Below the pieces are notes generated by a model. That model saw only the letters and a program-made list of their open reading frames with translations. It searched no databases and was not told the origin of the DNA. A stretch of 64,000 nt of DNA from Eledone cirrhosa (Eukaryota). The DNA is taken from contig OZ024740.1 in assembly GCA_964016885.1 (NCBI GenBank), positions 257,238,001 through 257,302,000 of the forward strand, in the 5' to 3' direction. Below, in pieces: positions 51,700 to 64,000 of the stretch. Position 1 is the stretch's first letter. Every line of letters begins with the position of its first letter. The translations under genes were made by a program, and so were the position numbers.

Positions 51700-52959
51700 A
51701 CCGAGGGAGCCAATTAGTAATAATAATAAATTTGAAGACTAAAATCCAAAGAGCGTATAACGGAAATAAAAGACCATGTGACCTCTGCGCCGCTGAGGCC
51801 CTGGAAATACTCTTCGCCAAAGACCAGATCTTAAACAAAAATTCTGAGGAAATTTCGGCTTGTAAACATAAATTGCACAAAACTTTCCTGTATTACAGCC
51901 CCACATTATACCCTAACCGATAGTACGAAATATACGCGGATATTTTACGTCTTGATGTGGTAGCTAAGTATATGTTATGTTTATACCATTACTTATTTGT
52001 ATAGGTAAGTATATATTACCTGTATGTTTTGTGAAGGTACGTATACTTTCTCGTACGTATATTTGCTTGTATATGTTATGGCGTATATATTATATATACT
52101 GGTACATGTGAATTTGGTTATGCGTATACGTGAGTTTTGCGTTTGTGTGAGTATGCGGATTCGTACGTATGTAGGGTGTGTTTATATGTGTACTTTGTGT
52201 TTTGGTTGACGTAAGTCCGCGAATATATGTGTATTTACATGTAGGTATGTGTGTGCGCGCGTTATATAAGTAGTTATATGTGTATAATTATATACGTTTA
52301 TTTAATTATGTATACACGCACACACACAAATACACATTTATATATATATTTTTATATATATATTTATGTGTATTTGGTATATACGTTCGTATGTGTGTGG
52401 GTACAGTCGTTGCATGGGTTCTGTATGTGCGTGCGTCTATTTTTTTGCTTTTTCTTGTGTACGTGCTTGTATTATCATACCCATGGCGAGGAGTGTGTTA
52501 GCGTATGCTTGTGTATACACGTATTTGGATGCGTGTACGTATATATTTAACTTAAATTACCTCTGTATTTTAATTACTTTATTCTTAACTCTGAAGACGA
52601 GAATCATTCGGTTTCCTAAATAGAATTTTAGTCTACGACTTCAGTTATTCCATTTACGTGGTTTTGTATTTGCGTGTAATTGTTCTCACCGCTCCACATA
52701 ATGACGTATTATATTCGTTTTTTCCGTTCATTGCCAAAGAACGTCTCCATAAACCATGTATAATGACGTATTATCTTCGTTTTTTACCGTTTTTTTCCCA
52801 GGGAACGTTTCAACGAACCAAACTATGTCTTCGTGTCTTCCTTCGGTTGCAACGTTTTTTGAAATATTTACTTCAGCTTTTACAGATTGACTTTTTTAGT
52901 TTCAGAAGATCCCGTTAAGGGTGAAAGCGGCAATTCGTTGCTTAAACTTTAATCTGTTA

Positions 52960-52962
<3 letters not shown>
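51700..52962 (+). mobile_element. Penelope-like element C-terminus and long 3' region
   Basis: RAYNGNKRPCDLCAAEALEI..LNKNSEEISACKH; hammerhead-like remnant cagaaga-tccc..gggt-gaaa at 52903-52926; ends at (TA)n. Confidence 0.7.
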
Positions 52963-53010
<48 letters not shown>

Positions 53011-53227
53011 TTGGAGTTGGAAGTCCAAAACAATGCAGGTATGGATATAGAATATACATGCATTGGTCTGACCTTCTAACACCAAACGTTTATACATAAT
53101 TACGCAATGCTTCAAGTAAACTACAATTTCCTCCTATATATACATAGATATACATATATATATACATATATATATATACATATATATATACATATATATA
53201 TATATATACACACATATATATATATAT

Positions 53228-53278
<51 letters not shown>

Positions 53279-53282
<4 letters not shown>

Positions 53283-53551
53283 TGATATTAAATAAACGGA
53301 CACTATATTTATAAAACCATATTTATTCTATAATATATATTGCAAAGGTACCAAAAATGTTTGTACGCTATCATCAGATAAAAAACAAAATGTTTTATAA
53401 ATATTTGACATAACCAAGATTGATATACCTTAACGGTTCAAGTTATCCCTGGAAACTTGAACCGTACCAACATTTTTGGTAGCCTTGAAATATATATAAT
53501 AGAATATATATGGTTTTATAAATATAGTTTCCATTAATTTAGTATCAATTG
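53279..53551. repeat. Palindrome (arms 53279-53367 and 53463-53551) with internal hairpin, probably pLTR-derived
   Basis: ctatatttataaaaccatat.. / ..atatggttttataaatatag; hairpin acggttcaagtt..aacttgaaccgt at 53433-53465; CUGAUGA on minus strand at 53371-53377. Confidence 0.8.
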
Positions 53552-53655
53552 AATACTTACTCCAGAAACTTGTCGAGTGCTTTGAATCAGTTGTAAACAT
53601 CTATATTTGTTGGATTTCCAACAAATTAAATATCTCTGATACATATATTACATGT

Positions 53656-53773
<118 letters not shown>

Positions 53774-53783
53774 CATATATATA

Positions 53784-54862
53784 CTAGCATTAAAGCTCGG
53801 AGTCAGTAAGTTACCAAAGTTAGGTTGCACCACCCATTTTATGGCAGCACTTTTTTGTCTGCCAGGCACTGGCTGAATGAATTGCAGACCTGCACTGCCA
53901 AAGCAGGAGCTGCGTCAGCAGTGACAATTGTAGTTTCACCTATGGTTATTATCTCTGTGCAAAGAAGTGTTGACATTTATTGTTTCACAGTACTTGCGCA
54001 ACACGCGCGTAGACGATGCCAGCCGGACAACAGAGTTGCGATGGAGTTGTTCTGCATGGTTGTCTAATGTGTGTTTTCTAAATTTAAGACAGTAGGGATG
54101 GATTTGATATGGGGGAGGGTTAGCTGCTGTTTCTAGAAGGTTAGCTGCTGTTTCTAGCATGTTTAGTGACCTCATAGTGGATACGTGTTTTCTAAATTTA
54201 AGACAGTAGGGAGTGGTGTGATATGGGGGAGGGTTAGCTGATGTTTCTAGCAGGTTTAGTTACCTCATAGTGGATATTATTGTGTATAGTAAATAAACTG
54301 ATACTTCTTTCTTCCACGTTCGTGAGAGATGTTTTAAAAAAGAGTTATCGCTATTTCTTTTGGTTGTTGAATAAATTTATCTGTTGCTTATGAATAATTA
54401 TTGTTTGGTATGAAATGTAATAAGTTCTCTTCGGTGTCATTGAAGTAAATAAATGTTTGACCGTTCCACACTAAAAAAACAAACGTTCTCTCTCTCTCTC
54501 TCTCTCTCTCTCACCCTCTTCTTCTCCTTCATTTCATTCTCTCTTCTTTCTTCGGCGTTCCTAAAGGAAGTTTGTAAGGAGAGGGTTTAAGCGTATATAA
54601 GAGAAAGTTGCAGCATGTATGTAGTTTTATCGAATTTTAAGGGGAGTAGAGAGAGGAAACCAGATTATATTAAAGCGTCATGTATTTAGTTTTATCGATT
54701 ATTTCCGTAATTGTTGGTGAGTTGGAAAAAATTAAATAGTCCGTGTCCTAAATTCGACCATTTACAACATTCGTACAGATTTTGAGTCGAATCGGTTTCA
54801 AATTGTGCAAATGTATAAACATGGAACATGCACACACACAACAATAATCTGCCTTTTATAGA
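53784..54862 (-). mobile_element. Putative non-autonomous Helitron 2
   Basis: 5' a|TCtataaaaggcag, 3' atgCTAG|t (AT target, no TSD); shares catgtatttagttttatcgatt with Helitron 1; internal tandem of about 115 bp at 54070-54275. Confidence 0.7.
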
Positions 54863-55050
54863 TAATTGTTTCTACTTTAGGCACAAGGCCAGAAATATCA
54901 CCAGTACATTACTGGTACTTTATTTTATCGACCCCGTAAGGATGAAAGGCAAAGTTAACCTCGGCGGGATTTGAACTCAGAATGGCAAGGGCCGTAACTC
55001 TATACGTCAAAGCATGGCGTCCGACCCTCTACCGATACTGCCAATCCACC
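54863..55050 (-). mobile_element. SINE subfamily A
   Basis: Full length; TSD agataat at 54860-54866 and 55051-55057. Confidence 0.95.
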
Positions 55051-55086
55051 AGATAATGATATATATATATATGCACATATATATAT

Positions 55087-55163
<77 letters not shown>

Positions 55164-55813
55164 CATACATACATATATATATATTAATATAACCAAGTAT
55201 TGCACGAAGGAAATATAAACGTCGGCGTGGGGGAGGGGGGGAGATTAAGAATTTAGTTGCGTTAAAATATGTTTCTGTGTCCATTGTACTTGTCTACATA
55301 TACTGACTACAATATATATTGTTCAATTATATGCAATACTTAATTATCTATTACACTTTATCAGAAAGCCTATAATGTTGGAAGAGACTGTTCACTATGC
55401 AGTAGAATTCAGCAATGGGATTTTCGTTTAACAAAATGTAAATAAGTTAAAAATAGATGAAATACATTCAGTTAATGTGACAGTAGAGAGGAGAGGAAGT
55501 GGGGATAAAGAGTTTCACATCAATCTGTGTGCTGTAATGTGGAACAATTATTCTTTGACCATTGGTGTGAGTGAAGTTGTAGATGTTTACCATATATGGT
55601 CGAGAAGGTAGAGAAGGTATAAAGAGGAGAGAAAAGGAGAGAGTAGAAATTAAGTGCGTAAGGAGGAAAGTAATTAAGAACATGGGATTGTTTTGCAAAT
55701 TACTGAATCGTTTGGGTACGTGTGAAAAGTACAAATGCCACAGGAAATGTATCAAATAGGATATAGTAAAACCTAGGTATTAGGGATCGAATTTTGTTCG
55801 AGTCCAGTTTGTA

Positions 55814-56770
55814 TTAAGCGATGGTTTTTAGAATTTTATGTTTGCAATTAAAGATCCTATCATGCCGGGAATTTAGAAGGTCCTTTCCGCTCACTATTTC
55901 AATTACCTCCGCCAAACATAGTTCATAGCGGCGTCTTTCATTCCCGTATGGACGGGCGAATTTCAGCACGGATCAATGTATTGTGTATTAGATATTAGCG
56001 AGCTTCAGATTCCAGGTTGTTTTCGCCAGGACTGTAGATCTAGCTACACTGGGATTTTAAATGTGTGAGTGTGCACATACCATCTTTTCTTGAAAATATT
56101 CGAAGTGGTACCCACCTATTTATATATTCCCAGTTTAGAGTTGACCACATATTTGTAAATGTACAAACATTTACCTGATACGGACAATTGCTGGGAATTT
56201 TGCAGTTGCAGTTTTTCCGTCAATAGCGTGTGGTTTCCTCCTTGGTTCCAGTGTTGGGGTGTTATGCCGGGTATTATGTTGTTGCTCCTGGTATGTGCGT
56301 GAAGTGGAAGAGACGTCGGTATTTGCCAGCGCTCGTCTGCTCAGTGCTGGTGGCTGTGGATGCTGCAGAGTGTTCAGAGTATGTCAGGGCTTCCGTTGGC
56401 TATGAGTATTGCCCAAGTTAGCTGTCGATAGTCTGGTCGTGTCTCTATTTAGTATTCTATGGAATTTATGTGTAGGAGGAAAATTTTCGTCAACAAGTTT
56501 GAAGAAAAGATAGGATAGCTACCAAATAATTATGCGGGAGATTATACCATAGGTATATTTTTGTGCGGAACCTCCTTGGTGTTTTATTATTTACAGTACT
56601 ATTATTTGTCCCACCGCTGTAGGGCTTTGAGCCGTTGGTATTTAAATTTGCAAATTTTGTATGGTATGTTTGTGAAGTTTTGCCGTTGGGGTGGTTGGAT
56701 TTTCCCCCGCAGTGTGTTCTTAAATTTTAGTGGTTCATCATAACAGGCCCTAAGTGGAGCATCGTTGAAG
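55814..56770 (-). mobile_element. Penelope-like element, probably Hydra clade, decayed (3' region likely extends to about 55190)
   Basis: Manual translation: WYNLP, LVDENFPPTHKFHRILNR, CNCKIPSNCP..GKCL, IYK..*VGTT..FKKRW..H, ELCLAE..LLNSR..CKH. Confidence 0.8.
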
Positions 56771-56884
56771 TATATATATATATACGCAGACACAAACATG
56801 TATATATATACCCTGCATAATGAAATGTCGGTAATTAACCAACACATACTATAATTAATATATATAGCCGCACCCTGATCCAAG

Positions 56885-57617
56885 CTACTCTCACCTGCGC
56901 CCGTGAAACAGACCGCACCACAGCCCTCTCACCTCACCCGCGTTCCTTTCCCTCTCACTTACCACCCTATCAACCTACAACTCCGGCGACATATCCTCCG
57001 TTTCTTCCGCATCCTCTCTTCTGACCCCGTCACTTCTCGCATTTTTCCAAACCCACCCATTACTGCTTTTAAGCGCACCCGCAACCTCCACAACCTCCTG
57101 GTTCGCACTTCCTTCTCGTCCTCTCGCACGGCTCCACCCGGCTATCGTCCTTGTTTCCGTTCCCGCTGCAACACTTGTCCCTTCATTTACACCATCACCA
57201 CTCTCACATGTCCTAACGGGTCTTTCCATGTCCGCCACTCTTTCACTGCACATACACCCACGTTGTTTATGCCCTCCGGTGTTCTCTTAGCGGGTCTTTA
57301 TATATCGGACAGACGGAACGCCGTATGGCGGACGGGTTTACTGAGGATTTGAAGGACATACGACTCGGTTTGGATACTCCTGTCGCCCGTCATTTCTGTT
57401 CTCCTGGTCACTCTTCACGTTTCAGTCCTGGGTGTCCTTTTACATCATGGATCACAGGCCTCACGCACCAGAACTGAACAAAGCCGGATTCACCGTATTC
57501 GGTCCTATTCCCCTTTTGGACTCAACTCACCGCCTCAATTTCTGTAATACCCCGTCCATTATCACACGCGCTTGTACATTCACCCCTCGATTCCTATCGC
57601 TCTCTCTTGATCATTAA
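56885..57617 (+). mobile_element. Penelope-like element (Neptune-type CxxxxCxxC linker + GIY-YIG)
   Basis: VPFPLTYHP, AFKRTRNLHNLLV, CFRSRCNTCPFI, then VVY..LYIGQTERR in a shifted frame. Confidence 0.88.
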
Positions 57618-57619
57618 TT

Positions 57620-60477
57620 TTTAGTGAGTAAAGTTCTGTAACACAATCTGGCAAAAAAAGAGGACAAATATTTGGTTACGTATGCTGGTATCGTTAACAA
57701 GGAATGCGAACGATTTAAACTTAAAGAACCATTCCAAGGCATGTTTAAATGCTTAATTTTCGTGCAATGGTTAACTGCAAAGGAAGATGCAGAAATTCGT
57801 ACCAGAATTCTGACAAAATTAGAGCAGAATCTGAACTTAATATTACAGGAAATATCTAAGGAATGTCAGAGAATTATAAATCTGAGACACGATAAGGAAA
57901 GAATCGGAGAGAATGCTCTCATATACAGTCTGTGTGACCTAAAGTAAAAAAGAAAAACAAAAATTAATCCATGTTTCGAATGTGGAGGATTACACTTCAG
58001 ATACGATTGTCCTTTTAAAAACTTAAAGTGATTCGAGTGTGGGAGAAGAGGACATAAAAAATTACACTGCAAAACAAAACCAAGAAAAATGTTCAACAGG
58101 AAAAAGTATGTAAACACGCTATCGGCGAAAATAAATATATATATACATATATTAACGACACTCAAATGAAATTTGTGTATGTAACATTAACAACGTGAAT
58201 GTGAAATTGCAGTTAGATACAGGTAGCTACATTACTATAATCAATGAAGATACATGGAAAGCAACCAGGAAACTTACATTAAATAAAACCTTGAAGATTT
58301 CACGTGGCGTTTCGAAGAAGAAGTTATTTTTTAAAGGCAAAATAATAACTAACGTTACATTTCATGGCCAGACCGTAAAACCTAAAGCTTATGTATTAAG
58401 AGATACAACACATCTCTTCGGTACTGACTGGATGGATCTGTTCGACTTGTAGGATTTACCCATTAATATGTTTTGTAAAAATGTAATTGTGTTGTCCACC
58501 AGTTCATACAAAGTCAGAAAACTTTTAAAAGAATGGAAAGGGTGGTTCCCTGATGATTTTTCAGATGAGTTAGGTCGTTGTACTAAACTAGAGCTAAATT
58601 TCAAATCAAAGAAAATTTGACACCCAAACGTAATGTAACGTTTGCAGCATTAGATCAAGTCAACAAAGAATTAGACTGGAAAAAACGAGTGATTCGAAAA
58701 ATTGACCACGCAAAGTGGGCGGCTCCAACAGTGTATGTAAAAAAAAAGCCTAATAAAATGTGTGTGTGTGCAGACTTTTCGACAGGACTAAACGAATGTT
58801 TAAGACCACACAACTAACCATTGCCAAAGTCCAGAGGAAATTTTTTTCGAGAATAAACAGAGGAAAATTTTTCTCGAAATTAGAACTTTCTGAAGCTTAC
58901 CTAGAAATACAAGTTGAAGACGAATATACAAATTTGTTGACAATAAACATTCATAAAGTTTTGTACAAATTTAACCGACTTCCCTTTGACATAAAAGTTC
59001 CTACAAGTTATGGATACGATGCTGGCAAATTGTTATTCCGTGATTGCCTACTTGATGCCTAATTAAAAATGAATCTCATGCTCAGCATGTCGATCATGTC
59101 AAGTGTGTTTTGGAAAAGATAAGAGAGTATGGGTTCAAACTCAGCAATGAGAAGAGTGAATTGTTCTAGCCTAGAATAAAGTACATAGGACAAATCATCG
59201 ATAAAAATGGTTGACAACTAGATCCGTCGAGGGCAATTGCAATTAAAAATATGCCCCCGCTGACAAACGTTACGATGTTACAAGCATTTGGGGTGTTTGC
59301 GAACTATTATCATATATATATACCGAATATACAAAATGTAAGATCTCTACTAAATAATTTGCTAAAAAAAAAAGACTGATAAGTACCAGAAGGTGTTTGA
59401 AGAAATTAAAAACATATTAACTTCGGACTTGTAATTAGCGCATTTTGACCGCAAAATAGCAATTGTATTGGCTTCAGGTGTACGATATTGGAGCCGTTAT
59501 TCTGCACAAATATGATGATGGTAGCACAAAAGCCGTAGCTCATGCCTCACGTTCTCTACTACCAGCAGAAAAAATTACACCCAAATCGAAAAAGAGGCAT
59601 TACCGTGAAAAAATGCAACAAGTTTATTCACAGAAGAAGTTTTTGTTTACAAACTGATCACCGTCCTTTGTTGTAAATTTACGGATCAAAGAAGAGAATT
59701 CCCTACCATACAGCAAATATATTACAGCGCTGGGAGCACCATTTTATTAAATTACGATTTTAAGATGGAGAATCTACCATCCCCAAAATTAGGACATGTT
59801 GATAGTCTACCAAGATTGATACCTAAAAATAGTGAACAGTTTAAAGACCGAGTTCTCTTGGCATTAAGAGCTGAAAAGAAAGTAAACAGTATATTGTGTA
59901 ACCTAATATGGTACCTGTTATCTTTGAAGAAATAAAATTAAAATTGGAAGACATTTTTATTACGAAAATGAAAAGATTGTTGAGAGCAGAAAAAAAAAAT
60001 GCAGTTTGCAGAACGCAACCCAGATTCGAACTATTACTGAATTTGTGACAATGTACTAATGTATGTATAAAAAGTAGTAATACCGGTCCCACTACAAAAG
60101 AGAATATTAAAATAATTTCCGATTGGTCATCCGGGAATATCAAGAATGAAAACTCTTATGAGAAGTTATGTATACTGGCACAAAATGGACCAAGAGATTG
60201 AAAAGTTGGTAATATTTCAACCTTGGCCAAAGACGAATATTCCAAGACTAGATATAGATTTCGCAGGTCCACTAAACGGATTACATTAACTCGTAGTGGT
60301 AGATGGATTTACTAAGTGGCTTGAAATCTGTAAGTCTAAAAAAAACAATCTTCTCGGTTACTGTAAGTTTTTTTAAACGAATTGTGTACACGATCTGGTA
60401 TTCCTGTTACCATATTTTCGGATAATGGGACACAATTCACTGCGTATGAATTAAAAAATGTTGTAAAATGTTCGCTT
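57620..60477 (+). mobile_element. Ty3/Gypsy LTR-retrotransposon gag-pol relic (no LTRs recognised)
   Basis: Zn knuckles CFECGGLH..C, protease LQLDTGS, RT WAAPTVYVKK..CADFSTGLN..AYLEI, RNase H IGAVIL..AHASRSL..TDHRPL, integrase HPGISRMK..YVYW, DFAGP, SDNGTQF. Confidence 0.92.
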
Positions 60478-61015
60478 ACTCGGATTACATTTATTGAATT
60501 CGTTTTTTATTCGAATATGGCAATGCAGGCCATTAATCGCTCGTATACATGAAACTGACAGGCCTATCTGCTGATATGCGAATCTGGCTGATTAGTGGAT
60601 CTGCAACTATTCAGATCTGACTGATCAGGCAGTCTTCTAATATGCGAATCAGGCCAATCAGTGACTGTATATTTTAGAAAATATATATTTTCACTAGCTC
60701 TGACAGTTTGCAGGTAAGCAGTATACAATGATGAAGGGTAATCACCGAGAAACATTAGTGTCTGCAGTTCTGTTTACATGCCAATACGAGAGCAAGAATG
60801 ACGGGGTCGTTCTACTGACATAGCTTTAAAGAAGCTGCTTGCATAATTGCAAACGAATCGAATATTATTATTAACATTCCAAAAACTCAGATTACATTTA
60901 TATATATTTATATATATATGATATATATTATATAATATATATATTATATAGTATATATATAATATATATCATATATATTATATATACTATATATAGTACA
61001 TATATATTATATATA

Positions 61016-61593
61016 CTAGCAGAAAAACCACCATTCGGGTGGTTTTCTGCTTGCATGTGTAGTGTGTATATTGATATTATACGCAGGTATATATATATGT
61101 AGACATGATACATCAAATAAAATCGTAATTGACAATATCTACAGAAATTAAACGAAGACTGCGTTACACTGTCTTATGTAATCAGTAACGTAATCCATGA
61201 GACATTAAAAAAGACGATATTATATATAAACTGCATTAGGAGAAAATTAGTGACAGAAAATTAATATGTTTATTTAAGCGATCGCCTCCGGCATTTTAGA
61301 TATTTTAAAGAAGTGAATCTTTAAATAAACAAAATATATTTAATCAACAGCCACGAAATTTAGTACATAAATTATGTAATATTCATTCATTCCAGTACAT
61401 TACTGGTACTTTATTTTATCGACCTTACAGGGTCGATAAAATAAAGTACCAGTAATGTACTGGGTAATTTGCCGGCCTTGTGCTAAAAGAAGAAACAATT
61501 ATTTATTCCAAGAAATCCAACTTATTTTACATACAGGATAAAAGAAATAAAACCGTACGCAATCACGCAGACCATCCTTTATTATAGTTTAGA
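61016..61593 (-). mobile_element. Putative non-autonomous Helitron 3
   Basis: 5' a|TCtaaactataataaagg, 3' hairpin gcagaaaaccacc..ggtggtttttctgc + CTAG|t. Confidence 0.65.
61392..61501 (+). mobile_element. SINE 3' end with perfect fold-back inversion
   Basis: 33-bp arms ccagtacattactggtactttattttatcgacc / ggtcgataaaataaagtaccagtaatgtactgg with a 6-nt loop. Confidence 0.92.
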
Positions 61594-61596
61594 TTC

Positions 61597-61774
61597 TATA
61601 TATTATATATTATATATTATATATATATTATATATATTATATATATTATATTATATATATTATATATATTATATATTATATATTATATATATATTATATA
61701 TATTATATATATTCTATGTGTTATATATAACATATATATATAACATATATATATATACATATATATATACATAT

Positions 61775-61818
<44 letters not shown>

Positions 61819-62033
61819 CATATATATATATATATATATCATATATATATATATAACATATATATATATATAACATATATATATATATAACATATATATA
61901 TATATAACATATATATATATATATATAACACATATATATATATATATATATATAATGTTATATATATATATATATGTTTTATATATATATATGTTATATA
62001 TATATATATGTAATATATATATATATATATATG

Positions 62034-62096
<63 letters not shown>

Positions 62097-62123
62097 ATAT
62101 ATATATATATATATATGTTATAT

Positions 62124-62154
<31 letters not shown>

Positions 62155-62371
62155 TATGTGTGTATATATATATATGAGTTAAGGCTCTACTGTTTTTTCC
62201 CTGGATTTCACTAAATTCTGTTGGATGAATCCATATTCTGATTCTTTTTGAATTGAGTTTGAATTATTTTCCCCACATCTTACGTTAACTATTTTCCCAT
62301 TTTGACGCTATAGTCACTTATATATTATGGAATACTGTTGGCTTCTTGCTACAATCATTTCTATAATTTTC

Positions 62372-62454
<83 letters not shown>

Positions 62455-62460
62455 TGTATG

Positions 62461-62531
<71 letters not shown>

Positions 62532-62555
62532 GTATATATATATGTATATGTATAT

Positions 62556-62626
<71 letters not shown>

Positions 62627-62722
62627 TTATATATATATATGTTATATATATATATATATGTTATATATATATATGCAATATATATATATATGCTACATAT
62701 ATATATATATATATATATATAT
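61597..62722. repeat. Complex TA-derived arrays; TAACATATA units inverted to TATATGTTA units around 61945
   Basis: Direct observation. Confidence 0.92.
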
Positions 62723-63346
62723 AAGGAATTTATATCTAGTAACATTTATATACACACAGATGCATATCAATGCTAGCAAATATATAGGTTTTGTCTTATT
62801 AACAATGAGGTTCAATGCATGGGGTTGCAGAACAATAATATGAGAGACGTAAAATAAGAAAATTATAAAATTAACTTACTTACTAAAAAATCACTTCCAA
62901 CTAATTAGTTTCTGGAATGGAGTAAATATATTTTCCTGAGAAACATATGGAAAATCATTCCGTCATCAGGAAAGTCTTTTTCCGTATAGGTCTCCAGGCA
63001 TAGCGAGGACACTGGAAACTTATTAAAAAAAATAATTCAGTGGAATGGAAATAGCGAAGCGTGGACTGGATTCCAAGCCATTGAGAAAATCACTGCCTCT
63101 ACGTCTGTGGCAAATTCAAAAAGAATCAATCACGTGACATCGAGGTCAATCAGTGGAAAGCGAGTGGTTATTAAGACAGCGGCCAGCTTACTACCATAGT
63201 AGCAGTCATGGCCAAATATTGCTCGACAAATGAATTGGAGAAAATTATAAGGAATTTATATCTAGTAACATTTATATACACACAGATGCATATCAATGCT
63301 AGCAAATATATAGGTTTTGTCTTATTAACAATGTGGTTCAATGCAT
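62721..63346 (-). mobile_element. Non-coding hammerhead element with 100-bp terminal redundancy (526-bp period), retrozyme-like
   Basis: 62721-62820 repeats at 63247-63346 with 1 mismatch; hammerhead in between; flanked by TA runs. Confidence 0.85.
62893..62975 (-). ncRNA. Type I hammerhead ribozyme, near intact, long stem II
   Basis: ACUUUC-CUGAUGA-cGGAAUG..CAUUCCa-GAAAC-UAAUUA-GUU/GGAAGU; 6-bp stem I and palindromic stem III. Confidence 0.85.
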
Positions 63347-63413
63347 ATATATATTTATTAAAATAACAGATTAAAGTTTAAGGAAAGAATATATATATAT
63401 ATATATATATATA

Positions 63414-64000
63414 ACTGGTCTTGACGTATCCGCCACTCATTCACCTGCACATCCACCCACGTTGTCTATGCCCTGGGGTGTTACATTTGCGGGTCTTTAT
63501 ACATTGGACAAGCGGAACGCCGTTTGGCGGACCGTTTTGCCGAACATTTGAGTGATATACGACTCGGTTGTGTTACTCCTGTCGCCTGTCATTTGTGTTA
63601 TCGTGGTCATTCTTCCCAACATGTTCAGTCCTGGGTGTCCGTTTACATCATGGATCACAGGCCTCTCATACCTGGACTGAACAAAGTCTGATTCACCGCC
63701 TTGGGTCCTATTCCTCTCTTGGACTCAACTCACCTCCCCAATTTATCTAATACCCCGTCCATTATCACACCCCTAGATTCCTATCGATTTCTCTTGATCA
63801 TTAACATCTTCTCTTACAACTAATACATGCCGACTATATATGCTCACTCCACTTTTCCCTTCACTGCTCTGTACACACACATACACACACTTATATTAAC
63901 ATACTTTTGCTCATAGCTTCGTACTTACATGCACACACACTCTTTTACTCACATATACACACACATTTCTTCTTAGCTTCGTACGGACGTATAATAACAC
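63414..64000 (+). mobile_element. Penelope-like GIY-YIG fragment + 3' region, same family as 56885-57617
   Basis: RHSFTCTSTHVVYALGCYICGSLYIGQAERRLADRFAEHL; aligns to 57225-57617. Confidence 0.9.

Noticed and set aside
52100-52550. G/T-rich patches in a Penelope 3' region
   Set aside because: No sister copy in the window to polarise changes; composition alone is not evidence.
56220-56720. A-poor, G/T-rich stretch suggesting another A>G hyperedited patch
   Set aside because: Explained by the A/C-rich coding strand of a minus-strand Penelope ORF.

Overview
Eukaryotic, AT-rich, almost entirely repeat-derived DNA. The SINE family, the long (TA)n/(CA)n tracts and the LINE spectrum point to a coleoid cephalopod, most likely an octopus (inference, not a database result). 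No intact host gene is visible; there is one candidate 111-bp internal exon (12607-12717, +). The window holds decayed mobile elements: R4/Dong-type RLE retrotransposons, Tx1-type LINEs in head-to-tail arrays, a near full-length GC-rich RTE LINE and a second RTE relic, several Penelope-like elements (GIY-YIG), a Gypsy gag-pol relic, a Chapaev3-like DNA transposon, a mariner relic, three putative non-autonomous Helitrons and about 15 tRNA-derived SINE copies. Nearly all YI/VC/HT-repeat ORFs are microsatellite artefacts. Most notable: (1) a SINE fragment at 2261-2350 with 11 strand-specific A>G changes in 58 nt in ADAR-like context; (2) two short non-coding hammerhead-ribozyme elements with circular-permutation or terminal-redundancy signatures (about 467-nt and 526-nt units), i.e. 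retrozyme-like circRNA elements; (3) at least six unrelated hammerhead motifs, several with very long stem II and embedded in palindromes; (4) adjacent ORF1-only and ORF2-only Tx1 derivatives.
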